From Octopus bimaculoides (lineage: Eukaryota): DNA of 64,000 bases. The notes below the pieces were generated by a model, which saw only the letters and a program-made list of their open reading frames with translations, was not told the DNA's origin and searched no databases. The position numbers and the translations under genes are program-made. The DNA lies in NCBI RefSeq assembly GCF_001194135.2, contig NC_068995.1, positions 32,559,495 to 32,623,494 on the forward strand. The letters run 5' to 3'. Positions 1 to 12,577 of the stretch are shown here, one piece after another (positions within the stretch are counted from its first letter, which is position 1; the number at the start of each line of letters is the position of its first letter).

Positions 1-51
1 CAAAATGGTAACACCTGCATCAGTACTTCATCAGCAGTTACCAACTGGCCA
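1..51 (-). CDS. NBAS: NBAS exon w31 (partial, runs off window start)
   Basis: tttttag|T GGC CAG...; GQLVTADEVLMQVLPF ~ human EELVSPEDLLEWLRPFC. Confidence 0.85.
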
Positions 52-1942
52 CTAAAAATACAAATGTAAAACATTAAAAAAAAAACTATCATCATTACCT
101 CCCTCCCCGCTCCTGGTCATTACTATTTCAAGTCCTTTAGGACCTATAGGACAGGTTACCCATTACATGGCGTATAAGTGATAGAAATCACAATATTCCT
201 TCTGAATGGGATGCCAGAGAGCCCCTTCAGTCATGAATGACCATAGGATTGCACCTAGAAAGTCTGGGTAAGGTTGTTTATGGAAGACCAACAGTCACCG
301 ATGCATACCAGCCTCCCTTCTCCATGCCACTGATGTTGTCGAAGGGAAAAGCAGAGGCTGATACAGCTTGGCACCAGTGATATCGCAACTTATTTCTACA
401 GCTGAGTGAACTCAAGCAATATAAAATAAAGTATCTTGCTCAAGAACACAACACGCAGCCCAGCCTGGGAATCAAACTCACCTCGTGATTGTGAGCCTGA
501 TGCTCTAACCACTGAGCCATGCCAGTCCATTGCATGGTTATTCATCTACAGCAGAGTCAACTGGAGCAACATGAAATAAAATTCTTTGCTCAAGAACACA
601 ATGCACCATCTGGGAATTGAAAGCACAATCTTGTGGCCGTAAACTTAACACTGTAACCATTAGGCCATGCTCCTTCATGTGTAACAAAAATATAAAACTC
701 TCAGCTAAGGGTCAAGGGGAAAAACCACTTTCAGTCATGAATGACCATGGGATTGCAACTAAAAAGTTACCCTCCAAGGCACAGGGCTGGGCATGGGTGT
801 TTATGGAAGACCAGCCTCTCCTCTCCATGCCACCTTTGACTATCCAGGGGCAAGTCAAAGTCCAATACAGCTTGGCATCAGTGACATTACAACTCATTTC
901 TACAGATGAGTGAACTGGAGCAATGTGAAATAAAGTGTCTTGCTCAAGAACACAACACACAGCCCAGTCCAGGGATCAAACTCACTACCACATGATTGTG
1001 AGCCTGACACTCTAACCCACTGATCCATGCACCTTCACAAACATAGAAAAGTGGATGTTAAATAAGGATGAAGACTTTTGTTCACTAGCTGAGTCAGGAG
1101 AAAGGAGCAGTGCCATGGTCCTTCAAGTGGCATTCCTAGAGAGACTGACACCATTAAGTCAACCTTTAAAAGCCAACAAACTACAGGCAAAACAGAATGG
1201 GGAAGGATGACACTCTGGGAAGGCAGGTACAGTGACTAATATGGGACTTGTGGGTTGAACACAATAAGAGTGATGAGAGGAGGAGACACATGTAGGACAG
1301 GAATGCCTGAGAGGAGGTGACACAAGATCAGCCAGATCCAAGGCAAGTAAAGGCCTTATGACTGGATTGGGTAGACGGAAACTGAAAGAGGGCCATCAAA
1401 TATGTGTGTGTGTATGTGTGTGTTTTTCCCACCATTACTTGATAAGTGGTGTTGGTGTATTTACATACTCATAACTTAGCAATTCAGCAAGAGACTGATA
1501 TAAAATAGTAGTATGCTTTTGCTGAACCACTAAGTTATGGGGACATAAACATACCAACACCGGTTGTCAAGCAGTGATAGGAGGGACAAACACAGACACA
1601 AAGACACACACACATATCTGTGTGTGTGTGTGTGTAATGGGCTTCTTTCAGTTTTCACTTACCAAATCCACTCACAAGGCTTTGGTCAGTCCAAATCTAT
1701 AGTAGAACACACTTGCCCAAGGTGCAACATAGTGGGGCTGAACCCAGAACTATGTGGTTGGGAAGCAAGCTTCTTATCACACAGGCATATCAATATTTAT
1801 ATTTTTTATTAGGTATAAAACCACAGAATTATGCTAGGAAATAAGAATAAGAAGTTGCAACATTTAAACCTTTTCCAAGTTGTAAAGCACTTGGAACAGA
1901 GATTTTCCAACATAGAAACGAAAATAATATTGTGGTACTCAC

Positions 1943-2038
1943 CCCATTTCTTGATGGTTTAGTACATTTTGTATGATACCTTCAATCACAGATATACCAT
2001 CCAACTTGTCAAAGATATCACTATGGGATGTTTTATCA
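1943..2038 (-). CDS. NBAS: NBAS exon w30 (96 nt, phase 2-2)
   Basis: gttttag|T...ATGGG|gtgagt; DKTSHSDIFDKLDGISVIEGIIQNVLNHQEM(G) ~ human DPLKVLEGVVAAVH. Confidence 0.87.
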
Positions 2039-5000
2039 CTAAAACAAAAACAACAATCAAGATTATTTTCATTTTTGTATACACTTACAAATATAGAACA
2101 AAAGATTTATGTTCACTTTCACATACACAAATACAATGTTAATATTGATATCTGTTGTTGGTGATGTGGTAGTGGTCATCGTGGTACTGTTGTTTAGCCC
2201 TCAAAGTCAACAGTGACTTTTGTTTTAACGACTTATAAAGAGGAGGAAAGGCAGTAACAATGAACTTTGTTGAATCTTCAAAACTGGCAAGAGAAAGGAA
2301 GAGTTATGATCAGGCCAGAAACCTAACCTTGCCATACACTGAACTCTGCTGAAGGTAACTATGGTCACCAGGAGGAAGAAGGGAGAGTTGGAGGTCATTT
2401 CTAGAAGGTCAAGTAACCACTTAGAAAGGCTCTGTTATTTAAATGCTGGCACAGGCATAGTTGTGTGGTAAGACACTTGCTTCCCAACTACATGGTTCTG
2501 GGTTCAGTCTCACTGCATGGCACCTTGGGCAAGTGTCTTCTCCAATAGCCTCACGCCAACGAAAGCTATGTGAGTGGATTTGGTAGATAGAAACTGAAAA
2601 AAGCCCATCGTATGTGTGTGGGGTGTGCATGTGTGTGTGTCTTTGTGTTTGTCCCATACCACCACCTGACAACTGATGTCAGTGTGCTTATGTCCCTGTA
2701 ACTAAGCAGTTTGGCAAAAGAAACCAATAGAATAAGTACAAAACTTTAAAAAAAAAATAAATACAGGGGTTGATTCATTTGACTAAAAACTCTTCTAAGC
2801 AGTACTCCAGTATGGCCACAGTCTAATGACTGAAACAAGTAAGATAAAAAAGAATATAGGTTACACCAAAGTTTCATGTATATTTGTTACTGAGAAACCA
2901 ATGTATAACAGTGGATTTTATAAACCACAATTTTCCACCTAAATATTTGAAATTATGCATAGGATCATTGTAACTATTTCTGGTATTTTCTATAAAGCTA
3001 GACAAGGCTGGATAGTGATAGTAGTTCAGAATACTTCTTTGATATCTCCTGCAACAATAGAAAATATGTCTAAGTAGAGGATGAATTTTTTTTTTATTCT
3101 GATTCTTTCCTAATCCATCTAGTTTTTCAACCAGGATCAAGTTTTATTATACAACTTAAAACTTGAAAACTGATGATGGATATGTCACCTGAAGACCACA
3201 GGAACCATTACCACTTCAAATGAAGAACAAATAAAACTAGAGTCAATAACACAATTTGCTTTTAGTGGAATATCAACAACTGTTTCTCAAAAAGTTGAGA
3301 AGAAGAAATACTAGAATACAAGGAAATACGTGACAATATAATCAAGAGAAAACAGATTATAAATTCTAAAAACAAGATTATTTTCTTATTTTTTTACAAC
3401 TTCTCTCAAAAGTGTCGTTTTCAAATCATCTTTATCGCAAACGATTTTATGAAGCTGGTGTCAGCTGAACAGATCTGCAATATGTTATCTTTCCACATAT
3501 CTTCTTCTTTTCCAGCACCACACTCACCACCATCATCATCATCATCATCATAATCCATTGCCACCACAACCACCACCATCATCATTATTATCATCATTCA
3601 ACATCCATGCTTCTATGTTTGTATGGGTCAGGCAGAATTTGAGGCAGATTCTCTACAGCCAGGTGCCCTTCTTGTCATCAACCTTCACCTGTTTCCAAGT
3701 GAAGTAATATTTCCCATTGGCCAGGAGAGTGGAAACAAACATTGCTTGTATGACAGTGATGCTCGTTTACAACCATCACATGGCAAACACACACACACAC
3801 ACACATACACACACACACATACACACACACACATTCTATTTATATTACTCATCTAAATCATAATACTAACATTTAACCTGGAACTATTTATTTCTTCAAA
3901 TAACCTTCAAACTGTAATACCCTAAAATCTTAGTTCTCTGTCCCTGTTTGATAATGTTTTTGCCATTGTTCTCTAAAGTTTGTATGCATTCTTGTTTTCT
4001 TTTGTCTCTCACTGTTGCCATGTTTCTTTCCCCAATGACAGTAGTCTGGCCATAGTTCCCTCTTCTCAATGACTACTCACTGCTATTTCTATTTCCTGCG
4101 GCAAAACTGGCCGTCTTATTTCACCATTTCCAGTTGTGGTTCTTATAAAGGCTCTTTAGCACATGTTTTCTTAGACTTTCACACCGCCTGATTCACTGTT
4201 GTTTTGCGATATGCATAGCTAAGAATTTGTTTCTCGTTTTTTAATTGCCTAATTCATTCATTCATTCATTCACTCATATAACCCACCATACAAACATGTA
4301 CTATCATAACATGTAACTATTTAATTCTTTAAATAACCTTCAAATCATAATGCCCTAAAATCTTAGCTCTCCATCCCTGTTTCATAATGTTTTTGCCATT
4401 GTTTTCTAAAATTTGTATGCATTATTGTTTTAGTGTTGCCATGTTTCTCTCCCCAGCAATAATAAACTTGCCATTGCTTGTCTGTGATGCACCCACCCAT
4501 TCTTGCACCCCAACACCTATACTGGAAATCTATTCTCAATACCAGAAACCCCTACAGGGCTCTGTCTCGTTTCTGTACCAGAGGACTTACATACCTTCGT
4601 CCCTCCTTCCCCACCACCAACAATCGCACATTACTGCATGCACCAAAAGGTGATATGTTACTTAGGAAATTATTAGTAAATTAACAAACCACCTACTTCT
4701 TTCTCCCTATATATAATGGACTAACCAACAGCAGATCATTTATATAATTAATTAATCTACACACTGACCTATTTATATTTGCAGCAGTAACACTTATATT
4801 TACAATGCTACTCACGACCAACAGGGACAACAATTTTAATATGTTTGAATGATAGTAGGTGAAGGCGAGACCAACTAATGTGACATGTCTATTACCAAAC
4901 GATCACTGAAACATTCTTTTCAGGTACCTCTATTGGAGCTTATCAATGCACTGCCCCCTTGGGATAAAACTACATGGTCATTTAAAACATTTAGCAACTA

Positions 5001-5420
5001 TATAAACAACTGACTTTTCTATTTTTTTGCTTTTTAAATGGTGGAGAAAAGAGGTGAGAGTGAGTCACTTACAAGTGAGATTACTATTTACATTATATAG
5101 AGTACGATTGATATTTTCTATTTCTTTTACTTTTAACAGTGGTAGAGAGTTTGATTAGAAAGTTTCTTACATGTTGAAGATTTTATTCTGGGAGTCTTTC
5201 AAGGGTCTTAATTTATTTCTTCTATTTATCATTGTTTTTTTTTGGGGGGGNNNNNNNNNNNNNNNNNTTGTAGAAGACACTTGCCCAAGGTGTCATGCAG
5301 TGGAACTGAACTCAAGACCACATGGTTGGGAAGCAAGCTTCTTAACCACACAGCCATGTCTGCGCCTATTCATAGCCACACCTATGTTAAGGAATTCCTA
5401 CGTAGAAGTTAAATACTCAC

Positions 5421-5563
5421 CAGATGTATTCAGTAGTATATACCAAAGCATTTTGGACAACAGCAGCTGTATTCCAGTCTTTGATGCTTTTAACAGACAG
5501 AATTTCATCAATTAATTCTAGTGGATGACCATCTACTAATATTTGGATGTGTAGTTTCTTTAT
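5421..5563 (-). CDS. NBAS: NBAS exon w29 (143 nt, phase 0-2)
   Basis: tttccag|ATA...ATCTG|gtgagt; IKKLHIQILVDGHPLELIDEILSV...VVQNALVYTTEYI(C) ~ human LDGQPLAMIQQLL. Confidence 0.9.
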
Positions 5564-5912
5564 CTGGAAAAAAATAGCAAAAGAAGAAACAGATAAACAT
5601 AAATAAAACTAAATGAGTGCCATGTTTATGTTATTCATTGTATTATATAAACATCCCTTCCACATCACACAGAACAGTGACAGAGACAGAGACAGTCTAA
5701 GGAACAGTGACTACCACATACATTGTCATCATTATCACAGCTACCACTACCACCACCATCATCATCATTATTTTACATTTTTTTTACCATGGATTGAACA
5801 GATTACCACCAACTAAATTACATCTTATTCAGAGTTACTGTTCTTCTAGATGTTTTGGAGAACCACATCTCGCTCATATATTCCATTTTTGGCATATGTA
5901 TACTTATGTATA

Positions 5913-5957
<45 letters not shown>

Positions 5958-6217
5958 AAGGGTTTTCTCAGGTACAGCATCTCACCAACTGTTGCTCAGA
6001 GTACCATGTGGAGGGATTCAATACAAAACTACATGATTGAGAAGCAAGAGTCTTAAACACACACAGTCATACTTGTGCATATTCTGTACACATACACACA
6101 ACCGAGGGTGAGAGTGAAACTGGAACCCTATGGTTGTGAAGCAAACTTCTTAACCAAACAGCCAGGTCTGTACCCATTTTAATGCAAAATCACATTCCAG
6201 TTTTACTGTTCACTTAC

Positions 6218-6380
6218 CTGCTCAATATTGCCCATGGAGAGATCAAACTGCTTAGCATATTGATTCATAGATGTATCATCAGAGGATTTCAAGGTGTCGA
6301 TTATAGGGTTGTTTTGAGATCGTAGATGCTCGAGATAACCTTCAATTGTATCTGCAGCCATAATCCATGTCACATCACAC
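6218..6380 (-). CDS. NBAS: NBAS exon w28 (163 nt, phase 2-0)
   Basis: tttctag|G...CAG|gtaagt; CDVTWIMAADTIEGYLEHLRS...YAKQFDLSMGNIEQ ~ human KYSHLYDLSRSE. Confidence 0.9.
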
Positions 6381-7577
6381 CTAGAAAATGTATGGAAATT
6401 ATTTTAACATAAACAAGACAAAGAAAATATTTTAACAATGACAATAAATAGCAAGGATGAAAAATATATTCATCACCAGAATGTCTTTCAAGCTAAAACT
6501 GGTTACAGTAAGCTAAGGAGATCTTGTGTCTATCATTAAAATGTGGTTTCCATTGCAACCCCATACTAACCATGCCTGTCATGTTCTTCAAGTAAATTGA
6601 TAAGAGCTTTTGATTTTAAAGTTGTGACACTTGACCAACTGCTAACCAATCATAAGAAGGCTATCAAATGGATGAAATTTTTGTTACATATCAGAATCTC
6701 CTACCAACTCACCTTGAAAAATGTGCTTGAAACAAACCTTAGGATCAAATAATTATTAGAAAATGCATTGAATTCTTATCTGTCTTGCTAAATACAAACA
6801 CTCACAGACATACTACACATGAAATCATTTAAAGATTCTCTCTCCTGCTATTCTGAGATTCAGACAGGTGTAAAAGTACACAGAAGCTCAGTCAGGCTAC
6901 ATTTTAGTGAATGAAGCAGTACACTGCCAATGCACCACTTCATTTATATAGACTAACTGAGCATAAGTGTACTTCTACCCCTGCGGGCAATTCTGAATAT
7001 TAACAGAGAGAATCATCAATTGATTTGTTGTTAGCCGAAACCCAAGCCCTCTTTCCTTCATCATGGATGGTTTGCAGGATTAAGGAATTTGTAACACATT
7101 GAATTTCAATTTCCTCAATCATTAGCCATGTACAAGAAGAGCTCTCAACCAGATGTTCTTTTGCAAACTAACTCAGTAATGAATGACTGAAGAACCTGCA
7201 CAGATGACTTGTTTACTCTGGCCAAGTGTTTGTGGAACACATAAATTCCCTCCCTCCATCAACCAACATTGCCTGTGAAGATGCAGTGTGCCACCATCAG
7301 ATGTCAAGATAATCACAAAGCAACACAAGATGGAAGTGTTTTGTTCAAGAACATAAAGTACCACCCAGTCAAGGAATCAAATCTGCGATCTCGCAATAGT
7401 CAAGGCAACGGTGTGTGTGTGTGTGAGTGTGTGTGTGTGTGCGCGCGCGCATGCGCGTGCGCACATACATACATACAATGGGCTTCTTTTAGCTTCCATC
7501 TACCAACTCCAATCTTTTCAAAGCTGACTTCATACAAAACAACACTATACAATGAATTTTGGGAAATTGACCAATGA

Positions 7578-7816
7578 TTCCCATTTAGCATTTAAACCAG
7601 CTATATCTGGCCCAAATATTCTACCTATTTACATTCAAACTGGCCATCTACTCTACAATGTTATTCTAACTCACACCTAAACTGCAATGTTATTCTAAAA
7701 GTAAACAATCACATCATCAAAATCGCAAAGCTACAAAATAATACATGGTTAATTCAAAACAATGTGAATAGATAAGCATCACATTTGACAGAGGAATTTG
7801 AATGCTAAAGGGTTAA
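7578..7816. mobile_element. TTAA-ended (piggyBac-like) MITE; other copies ~34442-34665 and 57441-58009
   Basis: Ends TTAACCCTTTAGCA / TGCTAAAGGGTTAA (best preserved across copies) and shared interior. Confidence 0.7.
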
Positions 7817-8034
7817 ATAGAAATATGAACCTATCTAAAAAACTCCTTCTCCTGGTATACTTTATTGAGTCATCTTGAGTTCTTCAATACCTTCAAAAAC
7901 AGGTGAAAGTTACAGACTTAAAATTACTATGAATTCTATATGCAATGCTTACTACAACTGATGACATGTTCAGCTTCATCTAATGGACAATATTCATCAC
8001 CTTACTAACTCCAAAAGATTTCAAAAATCCTTAC

Positions 8035-8129
8035 TTGCTATCATCTTGCTTTTTTTTCTTCTTTCCTTCATCTTGATGACAATACTTTAAAGCCTTCTTT
8101 AAAATATTTTCTCTGCAGTTTAATGTCAA
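8035..8129 (-). CDS. NBAS: NBAS exon w27 (95 nt, phase 0-2)
   Basis: ttcacag|TTG...AGCAA|gtaagg; LTLNCRENILKKALKYCHQDEGKKKKKQDDS(K). Confidence 0.87.
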
Positions 8130-9234
8130 CTGTGAAATGTAAAAGAAATAAAATACATCAATGACACAACTCTTTATTATTAATGAAGTATTGGATTGCC
8201 AGATATATTCAGTCATTTTTTCCCCCTTCATTTTAATCCTTTCTCAATGTTATTTGAATTCTTTTCATTGTAATGTTTTACAGGGGTGGGGGTTGTAGCT
8301 CTACTCTTCCTCTATAACTATCGTTTTTGAAACCTATATAAATTCTAACTCTTTTCAGGCATGTAATGATGCAGTACCAAGCAGAAATAAAGAAAAAAAA
8401 ATTATCTGACAGCCTAATATTTTAGAAAGAAAAAATACACCATACAACTAAACAATTAATTCTACTTCTAAATATCATCATCATCCACTAATGTCTATTT
8501 CCATGCAGGCATGGGTTGGACAGTTTAACCAGAGCTGACAAGTTGGAGAGCTGCAGCAGGTTCTGGTCCGATATGGCTTGGTTTCTATAGTTGGATGCCC
8601 TACCTAACACCAACCACTTTACAGTGTGTGCTGAATGCTTTTAACATGACACTGCATGAGTGTTCTTATGTGACGCTGGCACAAGTGCTTCTTACATGGC
8701 ACTGCCACAGGACTCTTGCAGGCCAATCCTCTTCACCAGGGGGTGCAACCTTAACACTTCTGCTGCAGAGCACAAACTTTTTGAGTACAACAAGGCACCA
8801 AGTATCTCAGTCCTTAGTCATATCATCTGAAAGGTTCAGCATACTGAGGTCATCTTTCAGTACTATGTCCTATGCCTTCCTGAGTTTCCCTCTTACACAA
8901 GCTTCTTTTTCTTTTTTAATTATTATAATGTGGATCTTCATCCACTTGTATGTTATTGTCGGCATTGTAATATTCTTGTAACCAAGGGCGATGAGCTGGC
9001 AGAATTGCTAGCATGCTGGGCAAAATGCTTAGCAGTATTTCGTCTGTCGTTACATTCTCAGTTCAAATTCCGCTATGGTTGACTGCCTTTCATCCTTTTG
9101 GGGTCGATTAACTAAGTACCAGTCACACACTGGGGTTGATGTAATCTTAATCCCTTTGTCTGTTCTTGTTTGTCCCCTGTATGTTCAGCCCCCTGTGGGC
9201 AATAAAGAAATGAATATTCTTGTCGCCACTAATA

Positions 9235-10780
9235 TGTTGTGGCAGTATTCCGCATCTTATTATCTGACTCGTCAATCATGCTATCGCTGATAGCTCTGCA
9301 AGACAATGACTTTGAAATGTCTACCTTGATGGTAACTTGAACTTGTATACATCACATAACTGGCACAGACTCCAACTGAGAACTTGTACAATAACTCTAC
9401 TACTACTACTACTACTAACCTGCTGCAATGAATGACTGTCTAACTTTACAGTGGTTATGTCATACCACTTTGTCACATAGGAAGGAGTGTACCATTTTCA
9501 CTACAACATCTCCCCTTTTAGCTTCTTTTTCTCCTTGAGAAGCGAGTAATTTTATTTTACTTTATTCACCCCTCTTCCCTTTTTAGCGTTTATTTTTTCA
9601 ACTTAATATTCTTTCCTTTTGGCGTCTATTTATAGGAACTGTGTTCCTCCTTTTTCTTCCACTTGTACACGTGGGCTCAACCACCTGTAATGGTGTTGGT
9701 ACCTGGAATGTGTCATACAGCCATTCCATAGGTTCTTCTAATCTGTCTGGTCCATTTTCTATGAATCTCTTCTTCAATTGGTTTCTGTATCTTTTTTCAG
9801 TACCTTTCCTGCTTTCCATTCCATACATCATTTTTCCTCTGTACTTTATAATTTTCCCTTCTTTGTAGTACTGCTTTCCGTTTTTATACGACCTCATGCA
9901 TATCTTATCACCAAGTTTGAAACATTTTAGATTGTCTTTTCTGGTACTTTTTCTTTCCTTGCCAGGTAACAGTTTATCAAAAACTGATTTCACCTTCCTC
10001 GTGCACATCAGTTCTGCTAGTGAGCTTCTTGCAGGTGAATTGGGGTTCAGTGTCACCCTGAATACCCTTAGGAATTGCTGCAGAGCGACTTTGTCTGTGG
10101 CTTCCTTGTTTGCTTTTCTCAAAGCTCTTTTAAAAGTATTCACAAAACGTTTTGCTTATCCATTTGATCTGGGATGGTAAGGTGCCATCGTTTTATGTTC
10201 TACCGTGAACATTTCACAGAATTTTCTAAATTCACTGGACACAAATTGTGTTCCGTTATCAGATACAATCACATCTGAGATGCCAAATCTTGCAAATAAT
10301 TTGTGCAAAAAATTTATTACCATTGCAGAGGCTGGCCCTTTGCACTTAATTTCCAGCCATTTTCTAAAATTGTCAACTACTACTAAGTAGTAATTGCCAT
10401 TTGATGGGCCTGCAAAATCAATGTGTAGTGTAGTCCATGGACTTTTTACTTCTGGCCAAGACTCACATTTTTGAGTAGGCAATTTCGCTGCCAGAACACA
10501 TACTCTGCAGCCTTTTACTACGTTTTTAACTTCTTTGTCCATATTCAGCCAATACACATAACTGCGCATAAGCGATTTCATCCTTGCAATCCCCAAATAT
10601 CCAATACAGAATTCTTTCAACATCCATTTTTGTAGAGTCTCAGGTATCACTACCATTTGACCATACATCAGTACGCCAATTACATTAAATCCTATCCAGG
10701 TGGGGGACTTATTCACCAATGAAACCGGGAAACTGGCCCTTATGAGCCAGGCATGACTCAAGAAGGAACAAACAATGACA
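9235..10780 (-). mobile_element. Ty3/Gypsy LTR retrotransposon relic (integrase, PPT and 3' LTR; 5' part missing)
   Basis: Minus-strand frames give integrase motifs (GIARMKSLMRSYVYW, LHIDFAGP, VVVDNF, IVSDNGTQF, PYHPRSNG*AKRFVNTFK) with a stop. Polypurine tract AAAAGGGGAGA (9509-9519) abuts an LTR-like 9235-9508 segment bounded by TGTTGT...ACAACA. Confidence 0.9.
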
Positions 10781-11582
10781 TATAAATATCTGTTTGCATA
10801 AATCTACTGTAAAGTAAATCTGACTTAAAATACGAAGTTTAAAAAAAAGGAAGAGTATGAACATGGCAATTGCAATTTTAATCAGCTTAAGATCCTTTAG
10901 TTTCAAATTAACCAAAGTTACTTGTGCCAAATTAAGTTCAGAAAGTACATCAGACCCATAACCAATTCCTCAAATTCTGGATTTGAATAGAGCTACACAT
11001 ATGTTAAGCTATATAAAACATTCTTTCCATGCTTCTAGCATTGTCTCAATCTTTCTCATTCCATCTTCATCTGTTTGACTGTCTGTCAGTCTCTCTCTCT
11101 CTCCCTATCTAGCTACATTGTATACTGAACTCATAGTTATGAGTTCAACATACAGCGAATTGCAGTCATTTATACTTTTAGACTAACTAACATTAGTTTT
11201 CTTAGTTAATATACCAAAAAGTTAATATATGAATATAATTTCAAAATAGAAGTGCTCTATGTGTTTGAATATGACATCATGATGCAAAACATTTTTGTCA
11301 CAAAATCAAACATCTGATATTGATAACACACACACACACACAAAGTAGAAAATATTTGTTTGACATAGAAAACAAACAAAGTGTGAAGCAAAGATAGAGA
11401 TTGGCAAAAAGTCAAACAGATATTCAAATGAATAAGAGAGTCAAAAAGAGAGTAGGAGATTTTAAAAAATGGAGTGACAGGTAAAATACAGAGTGATAGA
11501 AATTAGAAAAGAGAAAGAATTAGAAATATGGAGACAATGATAGAAACAAGAAAAAAATAGGAGAGTTGATGATATAAGTGAC

Positions 11583-11696
11583 CTTTTCTCTTGAAGTCAA
11601 CACAAATGTAATGGATTCCACAAACGTTAAGAATTCAGCAGGTATCATCTTCTGTGTGAACTCTAAACAATCATCATATTGCTGAAGCCAATAAGC
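11583..11696 (-). CDS. NBAS: NBAS exon w26 (114 nt, phase 0-0)
   Basis: tgtgcag|GCT...AAG|gtcact (weak donor); AYWLQQYDDCLEFTQKMIPAEFLTFVESITFVLTSREK. Confidence 0.87.
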
Positions 11697-11981
11697 CTGC
11701 ACAAAGAGAGATATTTAGTATATTAGACTTCAAAGAATTTCCTCAAATAACACACAAATGTGTTATTACCATACTTTTCTCAATGATTTCTAGAACAGAG
11801 CAAGAGTTATAGTTCATCAAGTCAATAAGTTAACATCTCAACAGACAAAGAATGGGCAAACTTTTACCATTAATGTTATGATACTTAACTCTCACATCTA
11901 AAATACTGGTACCATCAAGAGTATACTGTGCAGTTTTTAAAAGTGGAGATGTGGAATAACTGACAAGAGGTTTGTTTATAT

Positions 11982-12577
11982 CAGTGGTTCTCAACAGGGT
12001 TCCATATGGCCCTTGGTGGTCCATATAAGATTTTGTTGCTACAATTTGTGTGCAGAAGTCATGGCCAATGCCGATGATACATGAAACACACCCATGCCAG
12101 TGACACATAAAAATCACCTGTGCCAGTGACATGTAAAAGGCATCCATGCTTGTGACACATGAAAGGGACCCATGCAGGTGAGACATGAAAGGGACCCATG
12201 CTGGTAACACGTAAAAGGCACCCATGCCATTGACATGTAAAAGGCACTCATGCCAGTGACATGTGCAAGGTACCCAAGCCAGTGACACGTAAAAGGCACC
12301 CGTACTGGTGACACATAAAAGGCACCCACACTGGTGACATGTAAAAGGCACCCGTGCCAATGACACATGAGAGGTACCAATGCTGGTGGCATGCAAGCAG
12401 TACCTGTGCTAGTGACACACAAGAGACGCCTATGCCGGAGACANNNNNNNNNNTGTGCTAGTGACACACAAGAGACGCCTATGCCGGAGACACGTTAAAG
12501 GCACTCGTGTTAGTGACACATTACTGGCACCTGTGCTGGTAACACGTTAGAGGTAAAAAAATGTTTGAGAAATACTG
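11982..12577. mobile_element. non-autonomous hAT element (MITE) with internal 26-bp tandem array
   Basis: TIRs CAGTGGTTCTCAA / TTGAGAAATACTG; perfect 8-bp TSD GTTTATAT (11974-11981 and 12578-12585). Confidence 0.85.

Noticed and set aside
2874-3048. Strong-looking minus-strand acceptor (ttgttgcag|G at 3048) with a 57-codon open frame
   Set aside because: No NBAS similarity, no good phase-compatible donor, and w29 already joins w30 in frame.
11830-12467. Cys/His/Trp-rich ORFs (188 aa, 117 aa)
   Set aside because: Translations of the 26-bp minisatellite inside the hAT MITE.
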